Assembly: GCA_965240325.2 (NCBI GenBank)
Contig: OZ251227.1
Coordinates: forward strand, 930,001 to 994,000
Direction: 5' to 3'
From: Rebecca billardiae RCC1528
Lineage: Eukaryota; Protista; Haptophyta
DNA: 64,000 nt
The notes under the pieces were generated by a model. The model saw only the letters and a program-made list of their open reading frames with translations, was not told the DNA's origin and did no database searches. Below are positions 9,916 through 21,032 of the stretch, piece after piece. Both the position numbers and the translations under genes were made by a program. Each line of letters opens with the position of its first letter. Within the stretch, counting starts at the first letter, position 1.

Positions 9916-10417
9916 AACGCAGGCTGCACCCGCCACCCGCCCCAGCGTCCGCAGCACTCGGGACCGTGGCGGCAGCAGCTACCTTGACGAATGTAAAGTG
10001 ACGACCGCCAGCTGTCTTACTCTTAGTATGACGCTGCGCGGCTGCCAGCTAACCATCAATAATCTGAGCAGTTCATTTATAAGAAGTCCTCAGGGCTGGC
10101 ACGTGCGCACGGCGGCGTCGTCTGCATCAGCGAGTGCCGAGTCTGCAGCGCGCTGTCCGCACCCGGCTATCAACGTCTGAAGGTGATGGTCGTGATTCGT
10201 GAAGCTGCCGCCGGCGTGCAGCGGCGGCTGCAACTCACTCTCTAGTAAAGGGGAATTTTGAAACTGTCAACACGACTCCGGGTGTGGCTCTGCAGCCGGT
10301 CCGGTGGGTCTGTGTAAGTAAGTAAGGGTAGTACTAGTAAGTAGCTAGTCTGTGGGTGGCGGGTGCCGATACCGAGCGGGAAGCACTGCGGAGGCGCCGG
10401 GGAAAGCGCTGTCCATC

Positions 10418-10819
10418 ATGGCCGCGCGCGGCGAGCGCGTGCTTGACAGTGTTTACCCACCAACGGGGCTCTCCCCTGTGTACACGTTCGTGAGTAAGGC
10501 GGCTGCGATGTGTGTCTCCTTCGCGGCGATGTACGGGTACATGAGCACGCCTGCAGCCGAACGCAGCGTGTTCCTGATTCCCACGGGCTTGGGGTTCACA
10601 GGTCTCTTCACTCTGGCGGTCCGCAGGAAGGCGGGGCAGCAGGAGCCCAAGTACCAGGTGCTCGTCGTGATCGCTATGATATGTGCCTCTCTCGCACTGC
10701 ATCTCTTGTACCTCCCTGCCGGGCTTTGCTGCTTCGTCTGCCTCATGGTCTGCCAGAACGAGTTGATCTACAAACCGAAGTTCAAAGCCTTCAAGAAGAG
10801 CTCGGGCAAGCAGTCGTGA
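10418..10819 (+). CDS. Small hypothetical protein with about 4 TM helices
   Basis: Hydrophobic helices, Lys-rich C-terminus, coding-like GC3. Confidence 0.6.
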   Translation: MAARGERVLDSVYPPTGLSPVYTFVSKAAAMCVSFAAMYGYMSTPAAERSVFLIPTGLGFTGLFTLAVRRKAGQQEPKYQVLVVIAMICASLALHLLYLPAGLCCFVCLMVCQNELIYKPKFKAFKKSSGKQS

Positions 10820-11377
10820 CCAGCGTGATGGGCACACGCAGCTTCACGCATGCGCGCAAGCGTTGCGCTGTTCAAGGAAGCCTACACTTGTGGTGGTTCA
10901 GATCTGACGGCCTCGTCATGATCCCTATGGCGTCTCCACCATTCGGAGAGCCGCGTGATTGAGCCGTCTGGCACCGGCGACGTATTGTTCATCGTCGACC
11001 GCGATAGGCGATGGCCGGCATATGAAACTTAACAAGCTAGCTTACTCACCGGCTGTGCGCGACACGCGTCTGGTTCGTCTGATTGCTGGCAGCGCGGCGC
11101 CGCGCTGCCGCCCGCGCGGCCGCGACTAGTGCAGACTCAGTGACAGACTCTTCACCCGGACGCCGGGCAGGCCGAGGGCAGCTCCGCTTAGACCGCGGCT
11201 ATAATAATAATAATAATAATAATGAGTAATATATGGGCAGCCCGAGCCGGCCCGCTGAAGGGTACGGAAGGTCGTCGTAATGTCATCACGACGCGATATT
11301 CATCAGATCCCAGATGGCGAATTTTGGCGGCCGCAACTTTGTTCATTGTTGCGGCGCGTACGTGCGGTGTGTACAGG

Positions 11378-13029
11378 TCAACTCAGGCTACTGTGCGCCC
11401 GCTTTGCCTTTGCCTGCTTAAACTTCATCGCCCATGTTCGGAGCGGCTTCGTCTCGCTACCGAGACACGAGGGCGCTCGACGTTCGCAGCACTCAACATG
11501 CTGCTCGCACGACCCATCCTCGGTGGGCTTGCAAGCATGGGGTCCGTGCACGACGGCCGGGCGGCCGCTCACCATGGATATTCCCGACGCGAGCTCGACC
11601 GGGTCCCTCCCGAGGTGAAGATTGTACGGCAGGTTCGCGATTCCTGCGCAGTGTGCTGGTGGTCCGCGCCTGGACCTGTGGGCGGGCGCTCCGTTCTCGG
11701 ATGGCCATCGCACAGGCTCCATCGCCATGTGACCAAAGGCACCCTGGTCTCGGTGAAGAAGCACCGCGTTACGCTCCACGCCCTTGTGGGTCCTCGCTAC
11801 CGCAAGCGCGCGAGCCGAGAGGCCCGCCGCGTACTTCCACCACCACCACGCGCTGATCTGCAGGCACAGCCAGGTTTGCGCGCAGTTGAGCCAGGGGGGC
11901 GCTCGGTGTGAAGCGTCGATCAAGAGATGCGTGGCGCGAGCGCCTTCCGCGCGCTCGAGGCGCACCAGCGCGGTGCTCGGCGCTCGCGCCGCGCGACGTC
12001 ACCCACCTGTGAGGCTTGGACAGAGCGCCGCACGACCATGACGCCCGTGTTCGCCTTGCAGAACGTGAGCGGCAGCCTGTTGAGGCAGCGCGTCACGCAG
12101 CGCATGTGCGCGCGCGGACCAGCGAGCAGCACGGCCTGGCTTTTGCACCGCTCCTCGCACGCTGCCGCCGGGCCCTGGTGCGTGTTGTGCTCGGCGATGC
12201 GGACGCTGAGCGAGGCATTGACCGCGGCCATCGCGTCATCCACGCCCGCGATCGACTCCGCCACGTCCGCGCGCAACGATACGTCCGCGTCGACCAGCAG
12301 TGTCGTCTCGAACGGCGTGCTCCCCACGGCGGCGATCTTGTGCAGCCGCGAGTACCGACCAATCTTGGCGTTGCGCTGCAAGGGCCCAGGGATCTCCTTG
12401 TGCGCGTCGAGCTCGTCCGCGGCGAGCGCGCAGAGAGAGCATGGCGCACCGGCCTCGTACGCATTGCGTTGCGAGCTGTGCTCAGCGCCGCCACCGGCCC
12501 CGCTGTCCTCACCGCCGTCGCTGCTCCTGGCACCCACGCCAGGGGGAGGGGCCGGCTGGCGCAGCGGGATAAGCCGCGCCCACGCCGGCTCAGACTTGGG
12601 CTCGGGCATGATGATGGCGCGCAGCTCGGAGTCAATGACCGGTACACGGCACGGTAGTGGCACGACGTGGATCGCTGACAGCCAGCGGCGCGCGCCTCGT
12701 GGCGCGACGCGGACGTACCGCTCAATGAGTGGCCGCCACAAGCGCGCGGCCATGGGCGTGGTCACGAGGATGCACGCGGGCAAGGTGGGATTCGCCTCGA
12801 GCGAGCGGCGGATGTTATGTAACGCGCTAGAAGCGAGCGTTTCCTCTCCCTTGATGAATGTTGGCTTGCCGTTCGTGGTGACGCAGTCCCTGGAGTAGAG
12901 CGTCAGCACCCAGCACACGCCAAGCAAACGCAGGCCCGCTGCGCGCGCCGCTGCTGTTCGGCATGCGCCACCGCTACTGCAGAGTGCGGCGGAGCGACAA
13001 CACGCCAGAGGCGCCCGCGAAGGACCCAC
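11378..13029 (-). CDS. Putative nucleotide-sugar glycosyltransferase (GT-A fold); intron 11858-12006; start uncertain
   Basis: KIAAVGSTPFETTLLVDADV (DxD), NTGVMVVR, RDQGAF and VVH motifs; a phase-0 GT-AG intron joins ORFs 11920..13029 and 11378..11965. Confidence 0.65.
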
Positions 13030-13192
13030 CGAGAGTCCTGCCCGTGGCGCTCGGCGTGCTCAGCTCCGTGCGACGCGCCGCCTCGTGGCGCGCTGCGCCA
13101 CGCCGCCGTCGCCGGCGCCGGGCGCGCTCGTCGCAGTCGTCGCCGGATGAGCGGAGCCGGTCGGCGGGTTGCTCACTCTCCCGACTTCCACG

Positions 13193-14896
13193 ATGGCGGC
13201 CACGTGGGGGCTGTTCCTGCATTTGGTGGTGGTGGCTGCTGCACGGAGTGCGACGGCAGGTGCTCCGGCTGAACTGCGCACCGTCGTCTTCGATGCCGGC
13301 AGCACGGGCACACGCATCCACGTGCTGCGCTGGGCACGCCGTGCCGGCTCAGCCGACGCGCTGCCCAAGCTGCTCGACTCGCGGACGCGCAAGGTCGAGC
13401 CTGGGCTGTCGTCATTCGCCTCCGCGCCCGACGAGGCGGTGGCCTCGATATCACCGTTATTGCGCTTCGCCGAGTCGCACGTGCCGACCGAGGAGCGCAG
13501 CACCACGATGCTTCTGCTGTACGGCACAGCAGGGATGCGCCTTCTCGCCCCATCAGCGCAGCAGCGTGTGTATGCGGCCGTGCGGCGCGCCTGCGCAGCC
13601 TCGGGCTTCGCCATACCCTCGCCTACATTCAGCACGCTCACGGGGGACGACGAGGGCTTTTACGCCCTCCTCGCCCTTGTCTGGCTCGAGGACGCCGGTC
13701 GCGACCACGACGCGCGCGCGGCCGTCGACGATGCGCACGTCGGCGTGCTCGACCTTGGCGGCTCATCGACTCAGATCGCGTTCCCCCGGCCGGGCGTGAG
13801 CAGCGCGGGCGACACGGACGGGCTGGTGCTGAGCGTGCATGGCGCTAGCCTCCCCGTCTTCACGCGCTCGCACCTGGGCTACGGCAGCAAGGCGGCTCTA
13901 CTCAGGGTCGATGATCGGCTCGGCGCTGCAGCGCGGGCGATGCACGGCTCCGGACGCGGCGCGCCGACGGCCGTTGCGCAACCGTGCTTCCACCGCGGGT
14001 ACAACTACACGCGCGGCGGGCTGACGTTTTACGGTACCGCGAACAATGAGCGCTGTCATGAGCTCGTCGCCGCGCTCTTCCGGCCGTCCGCCGAGCCGTG
14101 CGCCGCGCTGAACACGAGCGCGGGGCCCATGGGCTGCGCTCGCCCGTTTGAACGCGGAGCGCTTCCACCGGCCGAGGTGCGCTTCTTCGGGCTCTCGGCG
14201 ATGTTCTACATCGCCAACTACCTGGACTTCCGGCAACGTGTGCCTGACATGCCCATGCCGGCGATGTACGACCTCCGCCGCGCGCTCGAGGCCGTGTGCA
14301 CCATCCCGTGGGCCGCAATTTACTCGAGCGCGCGGGAGCCGTTCACGCCTGAGCACAAGCTGCCGCAGCGCTGCTTTGATGGTCACTACATGCTCGCGCT
14401 CCTCGTGGACGGCTTTGGCTTCAGCGAACGCAGCGCGCAGATTACCTTCGCCGAGAAGGTCGGTGAGTGGCAGCCCGAGTGGCCCTACGGCGCCGTGCTG
14501 CACCATCTCCTCGCGCGCGACGATGCGTCCGCAGGCGGCGCGGCACGTGCGTACGTGGCTCCGCGGCCGCCGCCTCAGCAGTGGATGGCGGGCCTCGCGC
14601 TTGGCGTCGGTCTGGCCTTCATGCTGTGCATCGTCCTATCGGCGAGCCGAGGACCTGCGCCACTGCGTGCAGGGCGATCCCCCCACTTCTTCGCGCGCTC
14701 GGTCTTCGCACGTGCGTACCGACCTGTGTACGCGCGCGTGTGCAACGACAGCTGCCGAGGCCGCAAGTCCTCCGACGCGTGCTCAGACACGCAGGATGAT
14801 TCGGACGGTGGCGATCGCGAGACGATGCAGCTGATGCAGGTGCCGGCGGCAATCAGCGCGCGGAGTGGCAGGGCGGCCGCGACCGAGGTGGTGTGA
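13193..14896 (+). CDS. GDA1/CD39-family NTPDase (apyrase)
   Basis: Signal peptide; apyrase conserved regions DAGSTGTR, TAGMR, EG, DLGGSSTQ and W.YG; C-terminal TM helix. Confidence 0.92.
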   Translation: MAATWGLFLHLVVVAAARSATAGAPAELRTVVFDAGSTGTRIHVLRWARRAGSADALPKLLDSRTRKVEPGLSSFASAPDEAVASISPLLRFAESHVPTEERSTTMLLLYGTAGMRLLAPSAQQRVYAAVRRACAASGFAIPSPTFSTLTGDDEGFYALLALVWLEDAGRDHDARAAVDDAHVGVLDLGGSSTQIAFPRPGVSSAGDTDGLVLSVHGASLPVFTRSHLGYGSKAALLRVDDRLGAAARAMHGSGRGAPTAVAQPCFHRGYNYTRGGLTFYGTANNERCHELVAALFRPSAEPCAALNTSAGPMGCARPFERGALPPAEVRFFGLSAMFYIANYLDFRQRVPDMPMPAMYDLRRALEAVCTIPWAAIYSSAREPFTPEHKLPQRCFDGHYMLALLVDGFGFSERSAQITFAEKVGEWQPEWPYGAVLHHLLARDDASAGGAARAYVAPRPPPQQWMAGLALGVGLAFMLCIVLSASRGPAPLRAGRSPHFFARSVFARAYRPVYARVCNDSCRGRKSSDACSDTQDDSDGGDRETMQLMQVPAAISARSGRAAATEVV

Positions 14897-15291
14897 GCGT
14901 CTATCCTCCTCTGCTGCCCGATCAGCATGTATCCACGGGCACGGTATCGTGCGACGTGCATCATCGGGCAGCCTGTGTGTGGGCCCGTGCAAGGCTCTCG
15001 GACTTGGCGGCGCAGACGCGGGACAGCGGGTGACTGGTCAGCGGCGGCGGGCGCGGCAACCTCAACAATGATCACCAGCAGTGACGCGACGACATCATCA
15101 TCATCATTCTGAGTCATCAGTATAGCTTATAATGCGTGAGTACCGGGTACTAGTAGGCACTTACAAACAACGCGGTATAACTATATAAGGCGGTCTATAT
15201 ATAAGAAGGTCTATAAGCCGACCATGTTACAACCAGCATGTAACATGTTGTCGTCTATTGTTGACCATGTTCGAGCAATGACAGACAGCAG

Positions 15292-16440
15292 TCATCGTGA
15301 TGATGATAATGATGATGAGTAGTCCACAGTCACACTCAGGTTGCCAGCAAGTGCGGCGTCGACAAGATCGCCCGTGGATGGGTCGACCCCCGCGAGCGCC
15401 TCTGCGCCCAAGTCGAGCGTGTCCACGTGCGACCCTGCCCTGCTGCCGGCGCTGAAGGCCAGCCGCGGGTGGGCAGCGCCAGCCACGGTGGGCGGGGCAA
15501 AGTCGACAGAGTAGACGCTCTGCCTCGGGATTGTGCGTGTCGCGATGAATCGCGCACGGGCGCGGTCGTACACGAGGACGCGCCCATCGCCAGTGACGGA
15601 GTCGACGCCGCCCATGCCGATCATCGAGCGCGCGCCGTCCCTCGAGAAGCGGCACGCGTACAGCATGCACTGGTGCTCAACACCGTCCTGGCGCGAGCTG
15701 AGCGAGAGCTGCACGGCCGCGTCCGCACCCGGCCGCCGCCTGTCGAAGATGCGGAGCTGGTCGGCGCGCGCGTGCGAGCCGGCAAGCACGTCGTGCCCAT
15801 GCATGTCCACGCAGTCGCCCGTCACGAACGGCCCGAAGAACGTCGCGCTCGGCGTGGCTGAGCGCAGGTCCCAGACGTGCAGCACGCGGTCCCACCCGCC
15901 CGTCACGAGCGTGTGCGGCTCCGAGTCGTGGAAGCGCAGGCTGAAGATCGGCGTGACGTGGCCCTCGCGCAGGGTGGAGTCCGAGCCTCCGCGCAGCAGC
16001 GCCCACTCGGTCTTCGTCGCCTCCTCGTACACGCGCACGTTCGCATCCTTGCCAGCTGCCGCAAAGAGGCTGCCGTCCGCCGCGTAGTCGAGGCAGTACA
16101 CCTCGTTGGCCTGCTGCTGAATGGAGTGAAGGCAGCGGCGGGAGGGCACGTGCCAGTGACGGATCACGCCCGCGCAGTTGCCCTCGACCAGCACGCCGCG
16201 GCTCCTGCCTGAGCTCGCCGGCCTCCAGCAGAGCGCGAGCGTCGGGCTGGACTCCAGCGCGCTCGTGCCAGGGTCGAGGACGTGCTTCACCTCGTTCGCA
16301 GACGGGTCGACGACGTGAATAAGCGAGTCGTCGTCGCCCACGGCGATGCGCGTCGCATCTGGGCTCCAGCGCACGCAGTACGGGCGCGCCTCGAAGTCGA
16401 GCCGTGTCAACGCCGGCGGCGTCGCGTCCGCACCTGCCAT
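15292..16440 (-). CDS. WD40-repeat protein
   Basis: Multiple WD repeats (GHVTPIFSLRF...TGGWDRVLHVWD, AAGKDANVRVY); ATG at 16440. Confidence 0.85.
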   Translation of the reverse strand: MAGADATPPALTRLDFEARPYCVRWSPDATRIAVGDDDSLIHVVDPSANEVKHVLDPGTSALESSPTLALCWRPASSGRSRGVLVEGNCAGVIRHWHVPSRRCLHSIQQQANEVYCLDYAADGSLFAAAGKDANVRVYEEATKTEWALLRGGSDSTLREGHVTPIFSLRFHDSEPHTLVTGGWDRVLHVWDLRSATPSATFFGPFVTGDCVDMHGHDVLAGSHARADQLRIFDRRRPGADAAVQLSLSSRQDGVEHQCMLYACRFSRDGARSMIGMGGVDSVTGDGRVLVYDRARARFIATRTIPRQSVYSVDFAPPTVAGAAHPRLAFSAGSRAGSHVDTLDLGAEALAGVDPSTGDLVDAALAGNLSVTVDYSSSLSSSR

Positions 16441-16547
16441 GGGCGTGCCCGAGGCAACGGCTGCCTTCAAATAAAAAAAGCCGGCCGGGTCACTTGTGAG
16501 CGTAATAAAAAAGGCCTCGCGTCGAAAATGAAACTCGTCGTAGCGGG

Positions 16548-18011
16548 ATGGCGGACCGCGACGGGCGTCCGACAGGACGTGAGACACTACCTGACGAAAT
16601 GAGCCCAAGTAGCACCACAGTGGATTGCGATGCTGCCCCAAGCTGGTTTGCGCTGCCCTCGTGCAACCTCGCTGAGCACTCGCTGGCTGCATGCCAGCGG
16701 TTTGCGCGGTGCAGCGACGCGATCACGTGCCACAATCGCGGCACGTGCTCTGATGACGGCCGGTGTGTGTGCGCCCCCGGCTACTCTGGCCTCGACTGCT
16801 CCATCTCGCTCGAGGCATGTGCGTGGGCGGACGAATTTGAGGGCCCCGCGCTGGACACGCGGCTGTGGCAGCCGTACATCGGCTGCCGTGGCGGCGGGAA
16901 TGGCGAGGCGGAGTGCTACACCGACCAGCCTGACAATGTCTTCACGCGCGACGGGATGCTGGCCCTCCGGGCCGTGCGGGAGGACTGGCCCGGCACGCGC
17001 ACAAACTGCACCGACCCTAACCCCGTCTGGTGCCTGAATGGAGGGACGTTCCGCTCGGGGCGCGTGGACTCGCGCCGTGGGCTCTTGTACGGGCGCGTCG
17101 AGGTTCGCGCGCGCATGCCTGCACGCCCGTTGGCCTGGCCGGCGCTCTGGATGGCGCCAGTCGAGCAGCTGTACGGCTACTGGCCGCGCTCCGGTGAGAT
17201 CGACATCGCCGAGGTGCGCGGCGGCGAGCAGGCCAACGAGACGTTCGGCACGATCCACTTCGGTCGCGACTGGCAGCACCACGCGTGGCTCGAGGGATCG
17301 ACGCGCCCGGCTGACGGCCGGCCACTGAGTAACGCCGTGCACACGTACGCGCTCGAGTGGACGCAGCGCGCGATCGAGTGGTCGCTTGACGGGACCACGT
17401 TCCACCACCAGCGCACCGACGGCTGCTTCCCGGGCGAGTCAGCGCCGGGCAAGCCCTTCGACATCCCGATGCGCCTCATCCTCAACCTCGCCGTCGGCGG
17501 CAACTTCTTTGCGGGATTTGATGCGCGCTCCTTTGACGCAGACGCGCTCGCCGAGCGGTGGCCGGGTGGGAGCGCCGAGCTCCTCGTGCACTCGGTGCGC
17601 GTCTTCGAGGCAGATGCGCTGGCTCGGCCGTGGCACCCGGCTGTGCCGCCCGCCGCGGCGAGGAGCACCGTTCCCGGCCGACACGTGGACGCCACGGCTG
17701 TGGCCGCCCTCATCACGGTGAGCGTGATGCTGCGCGTGGCGCTACGGCTGGCGTGCCGGGCGTGCGCGCGGCGTGCGGCAGAGTTGAGCGCTCGAGGGCA
17801 CGGAGTCGTCGTGGCTGAGGACGCAGAGACTGCGGGACCCGGAGACGATGAGTCCCTCGAGACGGCAGCAGAGGAGGCGGCACCTGGCGCGCACAATCTT
17901 CATCACCAGGCAGGGGCTGCGGCACTGCAAGAGCCCTTGCTGGGAGCTGGCAGCGGCGCCGCGTCGGCGTACGCCGCCGCGGGCAGCGCGCCCGCGGGCC
18001 GGTTCCGCTGA
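16548..18011 (+). CDS. EGF-like domain + GH16 beta-1,3-glucanase/transglycosylase + C-terminal TM helix
   Basis: CHNRGTC..C.C.PGYSGLDC; WADEF, YGRVEVRAR, WPALW, WPRSGEIDIAE catalytic motif, KPFD..LILNLAVGG. Confidence 0.9.
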   Translation: MADRDGRPTGRETLPDEMSPSSTTVDCDAAPSWFALPSCNLAEHSLAACQRFARCSDAITCHNRGTCSDDGRCVCAPGYSGLDCSISLEACAWADEFEGPALDTRLWQPYIGCRGGGNGEAECYTDQPDNVFTRDGMLALRAVREDWPGTRTNCTDPNPVWCLNGGTFRSGRVDSRRGLLYGRVEVRARMPARPLAWPALWMAPVEQLYGYWPRSGEIDIAEVRGGEQANETFGTIHFGRDWQHHAWLEGSTRPADGRPLSNAVHTYALEWTQRAIEWSLDGTTFHHQRTDGCFPGESAPGKPFDIPMRLILNLAVGGNFFAGFDARSFDADALAERWPGGSAELLVHSVRVFEADALARPWHPAVPPAAARSTVPGRHVDATAVAALITVSVMLRVALRLACRACARRAAELSARGHGVVVAEDAETAGPGDDESLETAAEEAAPGAHNLHHQAGAAALQEPLLGAGSGAASAYAAAGSAPAGRFR

Positions 18012-18224
18012 ATCATATGCATGATGAGTATTAACTAACAGTCGTAACAGTTGACTTAGCATCACAACTTTGGTGTATATCAGTGACTGCGCATTCGGCA
18101 TTGCGCTAGCTTAAGCCGTTATACAGTGGGAATATTCGTCGTAGCACTGCTGCTCTAGGCGGTATAAACTGAGCATGGATCCGTGATGAGTCCGAATTTG
18201 ACGCGGTGCGGCCCAGACAGCGGA

Positions 18225-19610
18225 CTAGCTGGCAGATGCAGACCCAAACAGCCGGCCGAGCACGGCCTCGACGATGCGGTCGACCGCGCCGCGCGGGTCC
18301 ACCGCCTGCTGGGCGGACGCGGCCGCCGCAGCCGCAGGCGGGCGCGGCACGGCGGCCTTCGCGGCGCCAGCGCCGTCCGGAGGGTCATCGACCACGCGCG
18401 CGCTTGGCTGCCGCACTCGCGACACCATGCCGAGCGCGCGCGCGCTCAGCGCGTCCGCTGCCTCGCCCGCGTCGTGCTCGAGCAGCGCCATCAGCCGCGG
18501 CACGATGGCTGCCTTGTCCGCGCCAAAGTGCGGGCGCGCGCCGGGCTTGACGGCACAGCACGCGCGCGCGAGATCAAGCAGCTTCGCCTGCAGCTCCGTG
18601 TCCGTGCGCGCGTCGCGCGCGGGCAGCAGCGCCGCGACCGCGTCGAAGTCGACCCCGAAGTTGTTCAGCCGTGGCACATCCTCCGCTGCCGCGCGCGTCA
18701 GGCTCTCGATCGCGAGCACGCCGAAGGAGAAGACGTCGGCGGTGGCGTCGAAGCGCTCGCCGCGGAGCATCTCGGGCGCCATGATCCACGTCGTGCCGCG
18801 CACGGTCATCCGCACGTCGTCGGGCACGTACCGCGCAAGCCCCAGGTCGGCGACCACCGCGTAGTCGCCGTCGAGCGGGTCTCTGGCGCGCAGCAGCACG
18901 TTGTCAGAGTTGAGGTCGCGATGGACGAGGTTGCGCTCGTGCAGGAAGGCCATGCCGTTCGCGACGCACCAGAGCACGTTGAGCACCGTCGGCAGCGCCG
19001 GCGTCTCGCGGTCGAGCACCCCGCGCCACGAGCCCGTGCAGAGCTCGGTGAAGAGGTGCAGCCCCTTGGTGGGCGAGTCGCATGCGCCGTACACCTTGAC
19101 GACGTTGGTGTGGCGCACCGAGCTGAGGATGCGGATCTCCTGGAGGAAGGACTCTCTCGACGGCCCGTCCTGGAGGATACCGTCGTGCAGCCGCTTCAGC
19201 GCCATGTCGCGCTTCGAGCCCTCGTGCCGCACGTGCCACACCTCGCCAAACCCGCCGGCGCCGAGCCGCTTGATCACGCGCACGTCCGACAGCCTGATCG
19301 TGAGCGTGCGGAAAGAGCCACCGCCGCTGGACGGCGAGGGCGAGACCGTCCCGTAGCGGGGCGAGGAAGCGCGAGGGGGCGTCACCTGCACGCCAACAGG
19401 CGGCGTTCCTCGCGCGCGCAGCTCGAGCGGCAGCGTCCCCCCACGCGGCGGCGTGGACGGGTCGAAACGCGGCCTCGCCAGGGGCTCGGGGAGCGTCGCG
19501 GCGCGCGCGTCAGGCATCGGTGGCTCCAAGGCCGTGGCCCCGCCGGTGAACGAGCCCCGTCTGCCAGGGCTCATACCCGACTTGCTCACTGCTGGCAAGG
19601 TACCCGCCAT
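18225..19610 (-). CDS. TKL-group protein kinase, LIMK/TESK-like
   Basis: GAGGFG, ALK, HRDLNSDN, VVADLGLAR, MAPEMLRG, DVFSFG, VPR..FGVD; start uncertain. Confidence 0.85.
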   Translation of the reverse strand: MAGTLPAVSKSGMSPGRRGSFTGGATALEPPMPDARAATLPEPLARPRFDPSTPPRGGTLPLELRARGTPPVGVQVTPPRASSPRYGTVSPSPSSGGGSFRTLTIRLSDVRVIKRLGAGGFGEVWHVRHEGSKRDMALKRLHDGILQDGPSRESFLQEIRILSSVRHTNVVKVYGACDSPTKGLHLFTELCTGSWRGVLDRETPALPTVLNVLWCVANGMAFLHERNLVHRDLNSDNVLLRARDPLDGDYAVVADLGLARYVPDDVRMTVRGTTWIMAPEMLRGERFDATADVFSFGVLAIESLTRAAAEDVPRLNNFGVDFDAVAALLPARDARTDTELQAKLLDLARACCAVKPGARPHFGADKAAIVPRLMALLEHDAGEAADALSARALGMVSRVRQPSARVVDDPPDGAGAAKAAVPRPPAAAAAASAQQAVDPRGAVDRIVEAVLGRLFGSASAS

Positions 19611-20502
19611 GCGGCGGCGGCCGGCGAGGCGGCGCGCGTCACCCAGCAAAGCTTGACGGTGTGCTCAGCGCCTCAGCCGTGTGCCCGCGTTGCAGATCGC
19701 TCCGCAGCCTCCGCTCCGCTCTCGGAGCTCCGCTGTAGCTTCAAACCGGACTCGTCGCAGGATGGCGGTCAGGCCGTCGCGGTCCCGGCGAGAGGCTTGG
19801 TGTGGGGGCGGAGTGGGTTAGTGGGGGGTGGGGGGCGGGGGGCGGGGGGCGGGGCGGGAAGCGCTGAGTCCAGCGCTGAGTCCAGCGCTGGCTGTGATGG
19901 GCCTTGCGTCGGTCTCCGTGCGCCCTATTCATCCTGTAGAACCCCTCATGGTTGGTCCCCTCCCGCAACGGGGTGGCACCGTCTGTCAATTCACTCCGCT
20001 CGGACCAAGCTCCAAATCGGAGGTCATCCTACGAGCATTGAAGAACGCTGACAACTCGGCCGGTACGGCTGATTGCTTTGATCACGCCACAGGAGGGCCA
20101 CGGGCCCACGGCGGCATCACTAACGTGCAGTAAGCTAGCGACTCAAACAGTTTGGCCGAGGGTCGGTCAGAAACCGTACTCAGTACATGTCCGTAATGCC
20201 GGCACGATCCGCCGAGTCGGACTGCGACGCAGAGCCGAGGCCCCGTCGTCGTCGATGACGGGCCGGACGGAGTCGGCCTGGCCGCTGACAGCAATCGAAC
20301 GAGCAACCGCGAAACCTCTGCGGAGTCCGCCGCCGACTGCGGAGTCTGCCTAGCTGGGCTCTCGGCCTCCGGGGCACGCGGACGCGGGACGGGACTCGGG
20401 AGGCGCTGCGGCCCGGCGAGGCTGGCGACCACGGCCGCCATGAGGTCCGCGCCGCCGGCGGGCGACCCCGCCGCGGCCCTAGTTAGCCAGCCTTAGTACC
20501 TT

Positions 20503-20850
20503 ACCGTATGTCTACGAGTCGGTCTGAGTCTCTTACTAGTGAGTGACACTCACCAATTAGTTCAGTGCCGAGCGCAGGCGGCTGAGAGGCTCCAGCGCAG
20601 GCCGAGTGGCCTCCGCCGGCGGAGGCTCCGGGCGCCAGTCGGGACTCGAGAGCACGGAGCCTCCGCGAGATCACTAACCGTATGTCTACGAGTCGGTCTG
20701 AGTCTCTTACTAGTGAGTGACACTCACCAATTAGTTCAGTGCCGAGCGCAGGCGGCTGAGAGGCTCCAGCGCAGGCCGAGTGGCCTCCGCCGGCGGAGGC
20801 TCCGGGCGCCAGTCGGGACTCGAGAGCACGGAGCCTCCGCGAGATCACTA
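20503..20850. repeat. Perfect 174-bp tandem duplication
   Basis: 20503-20676 is identical to 20677-20850. Confidence 0.95.
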
Positions 20851-21032
20851 CCGCGGCGGTGACAGTCACTGGCAGCAATACAGTCTTAGCTAGCTTCTTA
20901 ATCAGCCACTTTAACAATGCGCCTACTCGGAGAACTCGCGCTAATTATAGTGTCAGGATCACGGCTTGCTCGAGTGCGGGTGGCCTGAGCTCATCAGCCC
21001 ATTGAACTTGTCGACCCACTTGGCAGCCCGTG

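Larger units (their letters stand above)
8583..10245 (+). mobile_element. Canonical non-autonomous Helitron (1663 bp)
   Basis: 5' TCTACTCTACTTAA; 3' hairpin GCCGCCG...CGGCGGC (10207-10228) then CTAG (10242-10245); inserted between A and T with no TSD; uninterrupted site GGAGCCCGTTA|TAAAGGGGAATTTT present as the reverse complement of 25046-25070. Confidence 0.88.

Noticed and set aside
20446-20483. Other Helitron 3' ends (GC hairpin plus CTAG here, at about 11088-11130 and at about 31850-31872)
   Set aside because: No matching 5' end or empty site; GC palindromes and CTAG are common in these spacers
20501-20917. 138-aa repeat protein
   Set aside because: Frame is open only because the 174-bp duplication is a multiple of 3; TTG start, non-coding composition
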